From assembly GCA_963666275.2 (NCBI GenBank), contig CAXXOA010000002.1:64001-128000 (forward strand): 64,000 nucleotides of DNA. Direction: 5' to 3'. The notes below the pieces were generated by a model. It was not told where the DNA came from and did no database searches. It was given only the letters and a program-made list of their open reading frames with translations. The position numbers and the translations under genes are program-made. Positions 58,303-64,000 of this stretch are shown piece after piece; position 1 is the stretch's first letter; each line of letters starts with the position of its first letter. The stretch comes from Oceanispirochaeta sp. GTDB lineage: Bacteria > Spirochaetota > Spirochaetia > DSM-2461.

Positions 58303-59175
58303 ATGTCAGAAAGCAATTATGAATTCCTGGATTGCGGCAGAGGCCGGCGGCTGGAGAGAATCGGAAGATGGCTCATAGACAGGCCGGCTCCCCAGGCGGA
58401 ATGGAGCCCCGGCCTGATGGAAACGGAATGGAACAGAGCGGATGCGGTCTACAGAGGTCAGGGAAAATCCGGTCACTGGGATTTCAGAAACCCGGAGCTG
58501 GACCAGGATCCGGAGGATTTCCGTTTTACAATGGATTCGATCGTCATGGATCTCCGGTTTTCTGAAAACGGCCAGATCGGAATCTATCCGGAGCAGATCC
58601 CCAACTGGGAGTGGCTGAGAATGCAGACAGACCGGGCGGAATCTCCCCTGAAAGTCCTGAACGGATTTGCCTATACCGGAGGATCCACCCTTTTCTCCTC
58701 TCTGGGAGGAGCCGGAAAAAACAGAATCGAGACCTGCCATGTGGATGCGTCAAAAAGCTCAGTCAACTGGGCCCGGAACAACCGGGATCTTTCAGGCCTG
58801 CAGGAAGAGACGATCCGCTTTGTGGTTGAGGATATACTCCGTTTTATGGAAAGGGAAATAAAAAGGGGAAGGACCTATCAGGGACTGATCCTGGATCCTC
58901 CCGCTTTCGGGAGAGCCCCCGGGGGCAGAACCTGGGTATTGAAAAAAGACCTGTTCACCCTGATAGACCTGAGTATCCGGCTTATGGGAGATGATCCCCG
59001 GTTTATCCTTCTCTCCTGTCACGACCCTGAAATTACCCCGGAGATTCTGGCCCAGCAGATGGCAAGATTTCCCCGAGTCAGAACCGGAGATATAGAAACA
59101 CTCAATCTGGAACTGTCTGCCAAGAGGGGCAGATCCCTCCCCAACGGCATCGCCGCAAGGTGGTCCCGCCTTTAA
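58303..59175 (+). CDS. Class I SAM-dependent methyltransferase (RlmI/RlmK-like)
   Basis: GIYPEQ, VLNGFAYTGG, HVDAS, ILDPPAFGR. Start chosen at ATG 58303. Confidence 0.88.
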   Translation: MSESNYEFLDCGRGRRLERIGRWLIDRPAPQAEWSPGLMETEWNRADAVYRGQGKSGHWDFRNPELDQDPEDFRFTMDSIVMDLRFSENGQIGIYPEQIPNWEWLRMQTDRAESPLKVLNGFAYTGGSTLFSSLGGAGKNRIETCHVDASKSSVNWARNNRDLSGLQEETIRFVVEDILRFMEREIKRGRTYQGLILDPPAFGRAPGGRTWVLKKDLFTLIDLSIRLMGDDPRFILLSCHDPEITPEILAQQMARFPRVRTGDIETLNLELSAKRGRSLPNGIAARWSRL

Positions 59176-59185
59176 AACAGGGAAG

Positions 59186-59240
59186 GGACCGGAGCGTAGT
59201 CCACTACGTGAGGACCCGGCGCAGGTCTCTAACGCAGGAT
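59186..59240. repeat. Possible REP-like intergenic element (single copy here)
   Basis: GACCGGAGCGTAG-TCCA-CTACGTGAGGA hairpin core between convergent genes. Confidence 0.3.
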
Positions 59241-59260
59241 ATGGGCTAAAGATCATCTGG

Positions 59261-60094
59261 TTACATCATTTTCATGGTGCCCTTGTATAACAGCACCGGC
59301 GTTACAAAAAGAGCAGCTCCCTGCTTTTTATTAAGATCCCCTGTAATGGACTCGATCCCTTCCACAACATCAGCCACCCTGGACTCGGGAACCAGCACTT
59401 GAATGGTTTTACTCCGGTTGGTCAGATCGTTCATAAAACCAAGGAAGCCCGCAAAAAGAGGAACGCTGGAGATATACTCTCCCATACCGAAGGATTCTGT
59501 AATATTGGCCCCTTCGATGCCTCTCTGTATGAACATCTCCAGAATATCGTAGATCAGGTCCAGATCAAAAAGGATCAGAGAGAGAAGGTTCATACGCTCT
59601 TTTTTCTCTTCCTTCGACGGGGCCTCTCCGGCAGGGCGGAGGTGAGAGACAAAAGCTTCAAAAAGGGCTGTTTCCGTTGGAGCCGCCAGCATTTCGGGCC
59701 GGACCCCGGGCAGGGAGAGTGTCCGGGAGATCATAGCCAGGATCTTCAGATGGTTGGCGGCCTCTCCCATGGGGGCCAGGATCATAAAAAAGAGGCGGGC
59801 TTTCTTATTATCAATAGCCTGAAAGTCCACGCCTTTCTGACTGGTGGCTATGACCACAACAAAATCCTCCAGGCCGGGAACTTCCGCATGGGGGATCGCC
59901 AGATGATTACCGATCCCCGTGGAACCTTTTCCCTCCCTGGCATGGACATTGGTCAGAAGTATTTTTTTATCAACATTGGCTGCTGCCGGGTGTTTCATTG
60001 CCAGATCAGCCAGATTTTCCAGAATTTCCTCTTTTGTCGCCCCGGGGATACCGGCTTTACAACTGTCGGGGTGCACCATATTCAATAGATCCAT
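59261..60094 (-). CDS. PTS EIIA (Ntr/Fru-type) domain fused to a C-terminal PII-like domain
   Basis: RE..GSTGIGNHLAIPHA (phospho-His) and HLKILA; C-terminal GIEGANITESFGMG...SKTIQVLV...GAALFVTPV follows the PII-fold pattern. Confidence 0.8.
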   Translation of the reverse strand: MDLLNMVHPDSCKAGIPGATKEEILENLADLAMKHPAAANVDKKILLTNVHAREGKGSTGIGNHLAIPHAEVPGLEDFVVVIATSQKGVDFQAIDNKKARLFFMILAPMGEAANHLKILAMISRTLSLPGVRPEMLAAPTETALFEAFVSHLRPAGEAPSKEEKKERMNLLSLILFDLDLIYDILEMFIQRGIEGANITESFGMGEYISSVPLFAGFLGFMNDLTNRSKTIQVLVPESRVADVVEGIESITGDLNKKQGAALFVTPVLLYKGTMKMM

Positions 60095-60097
60095 TTC

Positions 60098-61351
60098 TCA
60101 TTCCTCCATATTATTTCCGCGTATCAGGGCAAACTTGGAAATGGGCGGCCCGAATATCTCGTTTATAAAAACTGACATTAAAATGATACTGTTTAAAGCA
60201 ATGATTGCAGAAGCCGCTTCCGGAGGAGTGCCTTCTCCCAGATGCATTTCCGAGACAATATCCATCAAACCGATAGCCACACCCGCCTGGGGCAGCATAC
60301 AGAAGCCCAGATAGTTCCGGATTCTGGCATCTGTCCCAACCATCCGGCAACCCAGATAAACCCCGCCGTACTTGCCCAGAGCCCGGAAAATGATATACAC
60401 CGAACCCATCAGCAGGATCACGGGATTCAGGAACTGAACAGGATCCAGCTCCATTCCGGCCAGGACAAAGAACATGGCGTACAGAGGCGGAGTGATAGGC
60501 TGCAGCGCCTTGAAAATACGATGATTCCGGGGAGACATATTGATCAGGATTGTTCCGGCGGCCATATTGGTCAGAAGCGGAGACATTCCCAGCCCCATGA
60601 CAAGAACGGTATAGGAGAAGAAAAACCCCAGGGTGATGATCTGAACTTCGTTCTCGCTGCGGAGCCGGCATGTAGCCTGATGAATCAGATAGCCTCCGAC
60701 GGCTCCCAGTCCGATCTCCAGAAGTATATGCCCCAGGGCGGCACCGATGCCGTGACCGCTGCCGCTGATTCCCAGCATGGAACCGGCCATGGAGAAAATG
60801 ACACTGAAAAGGATAACACAGCCCGCATCATCCAGGGCGACTACCCCGTAGAGCATATCTACAAAGGTTCCATGGGCCTTCAGGGTCTGAACAATATGCA
60901 CTGTGGCGGCCGGAGCTGTGGCTGATGCGATCGCCCCCGCCAGAAGAGCCACAGGCAGAGGCAGACGGAGAGCCCACAGGGCCAGGGAGACCATGAGAAA
61001 GGCAGCTGTAATCTGAATTACCGTAACAACAGCCACATTTTTTCCCAGTCTTTTCAGCTTGGAAAAGGAGAACTCTCCCCCGATCGTGAGGGCAATGAGT
61101 CCCAGAGCAATCTGGGTAAAGATCCCCAGTGAGCGCTCCACTTCATGCGGAACAATGTGCAGGAATGACTTCCCTACAAGAAGACCGGCAAAAATATACC
61201 CTGTGATTTCCGGCAGTTTGACAACTCTGGCCATGCGGCCCAGATAGTACCCGGCAACCAGAATAACGCCAGCGGCAAAAAGCGGATGGACGTGCAGGTA
61301 TTCCCAAAGATGATGGAGTTCACTATTTAATTCGTTCATGGATAAGACCAT
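60098..61351 (-). CDS. Cation:proton antiporter (CPA family)
   Basis: LPEITGY, IGGEF, SATAPA, VALDD, FFVLAG, RALGK, PQAGVAIG. Start is 61351 or 61339. Confidence 0.9.
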   Translation of the reverse strand: MVLSMNELNSELHHLWEYLHVHPLFAAGVILVAGYYLGRMARVVKLPEITGYIFAGLLVGKSFLHIVPHEVERSLGIFTQIALGLIALTIGGEFSFSKLKRLGKNVAVVTVIQITAAFLMVSLALWALRLPLPVALLAGAIASATAPAATVHIVQTLKAHGTFVDMLYGVVALDDAGCVILFSVIFSMAGSMLGISGSGHGIGAALGHILLEIGLGAVGGYLIHQATCRLRSENEVQIITLGFFFSYTVLVMGLGMSPLLTNMAAGTILINMSPRNHRIFKALQPITPPLYAMFFVLAGMELDPVQFLNPVILLMGSVYIIFRALGKYGGVYLGCRMVGTDARIRNYLGFCMLPQAGVAIGLMDIVSEMHLGEGTPPEAASAIIALNSIILMSVFINEIFGPPISKFALIRGNNMEE

Positions 61352-61461
61352 TATAGGAGCAGACCCTGAAATTGGAAATCAAAAAAAAACCTGAAACACA
61401 GGAAACTCTCCAGAAGTTTATTATATACTGGTAAGTAATTCAGACAGGGAGTGAAATACAT

Positions 61462-63078
61462 ATGAAAAAAACATTGCCCACAACAGCCTATTTCTGCATG
61501 GAATACGGGCTTCATAATGACTTGAAAATATACGCCGGAGGCCTGGGAATTCTGGCAGGAGACTACCTGAAAGGCGCCCGGGACGAAGGCTACCCTGTTA
61601 TCGGCCTGGGAATAAAATGGAAGCAGGGCTATACAGATCAGTACATTGATAAAGAGGGGAAACCCTATGACAGTTATAAAAACTACGAATACGATCTGGA
61701 AGAGACGGGCGTGGAAATTCCTGTGACCATAAGGGACCGGGAAGTCTGGATCAAAGTCTGGAAAACCGAAGCCTACGGGAATGCCCCCCTTTACCTGCTC
61801 GATACGGACATTGATAAGAACAATGGAGAGGACCGCTGGATCTGCGGGCAGCTTTACGGATGGTTTAAAGAGGAGAGACTGGCTCAGGAGATTGTCCTGG
61901 GTATCGGAGGAGTCCGGGCACTGAGAGCTCTGAAGATCCCCGTGGATGTCTACCATTTCAACGAGGGGCATGCCCTTCTGGCGGCCATGGAACTGATCGA
62001 AGAAAAAAAAGCCGAAGGGCTCGGGTTTGAGGACGCCCTGGCAGCCACCCGGGAGTCGGTGGTATTCACAACCCATACCCCGGTTGTCCAGGGAAATGAA
62101 TCCCATGACCTGAGGACCATGGAATATATGGGAGCCTTCAGAGGCCTCAGCAGAAAACAGATGACAGCCATCGGGGGGGCCCCTTTCAATATGACAGTGG
62201 GGGCTCTGAGAGTTTCCCGGAAATCCAACGCGGTGGCCATGCTCCATGCGGAAACTGCGAATAAAATGTGGGCCCATGTAGAGGGCCGGTGTGACATCAT
62301 CGGGATAACCAACTGCATCCATACCCCCACATGGGTGGATGCACGCATTACAGAGGCCTATAAAAAGGGGAAAGAGATCCTTCCTGTTCACAATGAAATC
62401 AAGCAGGAGCTCATAGATTTTATAAAAGAGAGAACCGGATCATGCCTGAAGAAAGAGAAAATCCTCATAGGTTTCAGCCGCCGGGCAGCTCCCTACAAAA
62501 GGAGTGACCTGATTTTCTCGGACCCTGAGATCATTGAACCCTATCTGAAAAGCGGAGATCTTCAGATTGTCTTCTCCGGGAAGGCTCATCCCCAGGATGA
62601 CACAGGAAAAGGGATTGTTGCCAATCTTGTCAAGATGATGAAAACCTATCCTGACGCGGTTGTGTTCCTGGAGAACTACGACATGACCATCGGAAAAATG
62701 CTGACCAGAGGTTCTGACGTGTGGCTCAACAATCCGAGAAGACCCCAGGAAGCCAGCGGAACCAGCGGCATGAAAGCATCCATGAACGGAGTCCTGAACT
62801 GTTCTATCCTGGACGGCTGGTGGCCAGAGGCCTGTCTGGATGGGGAAAACGGCTGGCAGATCGGGGATGCCTTTGAATCGGACTCTATGGAAGAGCAGGA
62901 CGCCCACGACCTGAAAGCCCTCTATGATGTTCTCCTCAACAAAGTTCTGCCCACCTACTACAAAGACAAGGCAAAATGGGAGGAAATGATGAAGAAAAGC
63001 ATCAGCACCACCACGGAACCATTCGGTATGAAAAGGATGCTGGAAGACTACTTCCGGAAACTCTATACAGGAGAATAA
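61462..63078 (+). CDS. glgP: Alpha-glucan (glycogen/maltodextrin) phosphorylase, short form
   Basis: YAGGLGILAGD, HFNEGH, FTTHT, RRAAPYKR, GKAHP, EASGTSGMK (PLP Lys). Confidence 0.93.
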   Translation: MKKTLPTTAYFCMEYGLHNDLKIYAGGLGILAGDYLKGARDEGYPVIGLGIKWKQGYTDQYIDKEGKPYDSYKNYEYDLEETGVEIPVTIRDREVWIKVWKTEAYGNAPLYLLDTDIDKNNGEDRWICGQLYGWFKEERLAQEIVLGIGGVRALRALKIPVDVYHFNEGHALLAAMELIEEKKAEGLGFEDALAATRESVVFTTHTPVVQGNESHDLRTMEYMGAFRGLSRKQMTAIGGAPFNMTVGALRVSRKSNAVAMLHAETANKMWAHVEGRCDIIGITNCIHTPTWVDARITEAYKKGKEILPVHNEIKQELIDFIKERTGSCLKKEKILIGFSRRAAPYKRSDLIFSDPEIIEPYLKSGDLQIVFSGKAHPQDDTGKGIVANLVKMMKTYPDAVVFLENYDMTIGKMLTRGSDVWLNNPRRPQEASGTSGMKASMNGVLNCSILDGWWPEACLDGENGWQIGDAFESDSMEEQDAHDLKALYDVLLNKVLPTYYKDKAKWEEMMKKSISTTTEPFGMKRMLEDYFRKLYTGE

Positions 63079-63091
63079 AGGAGTGACAGAA

Positions 63092-63439
63092 ATGGAAAAA
63101 GTCATGTTTTTCGCCTTTCAGGGAGAACCCGTCTGTTTTGCCCATGCCATGATGAATGTCCTGGAAATGCACAGCCGGGGATTTGAAGTAAAACTGATCA
63201 TAGAAGGAAAGGCCACGGCCCTGGTAGAGGACCTGGCCCGGGAGGACCATCCTCAGCATGCCCCCTATCAGAAGATTCTCGACCTGGGGCTGCTGGAAGG
63301 GGTCTGTCAGGCCTGCTGCCATCAGATGGGAACCCTGGATTTTGCCAGGGAGGCGGGGCTTACTCTGCTGTCCGATATGAACGGACACCCGGCCATGGGC
63401 CCCTACATTGAAAAAGGATTCAGAATTCTGACTCTCTGA
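63092..63439 (+). CDS. DsrE/DsrF-like protein
   Basis: FAF.GEPVCFAHA, EG, VCQAC, GHP motifs. ATG 63092 has an AGGAG SD. Confidence 0.75.
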   Translation: MEKVMFFAFQGEPVCFAHAMMNVLEMHSRGFEVKLIIEGKATALVEDLAREDHPQHAPYQKILDLGLLEGVCQACCHQMGTLDFAREAGLTLLSDMNGHPAMGPYIEKGFRILTL

Positions 63440-63480
63440 CTTCAAATCCAGAGGAAATCTGTCTTAGAATAGTAATTAGT

Positions 63481-64000
63481 ATGATACAAAAGAAAGCAGA
63501 AACTCCGGGAATAGGTGAAGAAAACAAATATATAAGCAAAGCGAGAAGCCGCTTTCTCATGGAAAACATTCCCTATTCGATCCTGGCAAACGCCATACTG
63601 GCACTTCTGCTGTTTCTTATACTGAGAAATGATGTTCCTCTGAAAAGGATCGCTGTCACAGCCGGTACGATCTATTTCATTCTAGTGATGAGAGGGATAA
63701 CTTTTGTTCTGTTCAAAAAAGACAAGCCATTTCTGCATGTAAAAATTTGGAGGATTTCATACATAACAGGCATAGGACTTACAACCTTCGCCTGGAGTAT
63801 GACCTCCTGGTACTCTTTTCCGGTTGATTCGCCTATTTCTCAATTTTATCTTGTCCTGATCCTCTCGGGTATGATATCAGGATCACTGTTGAGCCTCTCT
63901 TCAGAATTCTGGATACTGATATCCTATGTGCAGCTCCTTCTGATCCCCCTTATCCTCAGGAATATTCTACTTCCCCAGGCTCACAGTACAGAGCTCATTA
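63481..64000 (+). CDS. Multi-pass membrane protein, probably the sensor domain of a signal-transduction protein; truncated by window edge
   Basis: Open from ATG 63481 to the end: MIQKKAE...SILANAILALLLFLIL...GIGLTTFAWS...LILSGMISGSL..., with several TM helices. Confidence 0.6.
   Translation, partial: MIQKKAETPGIGEENKYISKARSRFLMENIPYSILANAILALLLFLILRNDVPLKRIAVTAGTIYFILVMRGITFVLFKKDKPFLHVKIWRISYITGIGLTTFAWSMTSWYSFPVDSPISQFYLVLILSGMISGSLLSLSSEFWILISYVQLLLIPLILRNILLPQAHSTELI

Noticed and set aside
6155..62391. Long antisense ORFs (e.g. 6155..7174, 12291..13403, 18377..19525, 41809..43104, 61351..62391)
   Set aside because: They overlap well-supported genes on the opposite strand and show no recognisable motifs; such shadows are expected from codon bias.

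Overview
A gene-dense chromosomal window with no rRNA, tRNA, CRISPR array, integrase or transposase that I can see. It most likely comes from an anaerobic free-living spirochete (inferred mainly from a FlcA-like flagellar collar gene). From left to right it holds: a sugar-binding protein cut off at the window edge; an AT-rich higBA toxin-antitoxin pair; ssb; a DsbA/FrnE protein; a DeoR-controlled sugar operon (dehydrogenase, class II aldolase, two FGGY kinases); a LacI-linked locus (TctABC, an Fe-S old-yellow enzyme, an SdhA/NadB-like flavoprotein, an SDR, nfnAB); a short metE with metR; an orphan Phd antitoxin followed by a 12-codon remnant of its toxin; a three-gene glycyl-radical-enzyme operon with atypical catalytic motifs; TRAP plus a DHDPS-like aldolase; a diguanylate cyclase; aapJQMP with a sigma54 promoter; manC; ilvE; flcA carrying a 20x18-bp coding repeat; an iorAB-paaK-paaK-ACT-thioesterase operon; an MCP; a probable outer-membrane protein; an unannotated 58-aa MshEN-like ORF; an HU fusion; an antiporter with an EIIA-PII-like fusion; and a short glycogen phosphorylase. 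The best candidates for undescribed biology are the atypical glycyl radical enzyme, the TTT/OYE/flavoprotein/Nfn locus with its three-copy operator, the MshEN-like microprotein and the EIIA-PII/antiporter module. All family calls come from reading motifs by eye. No database searches were run.
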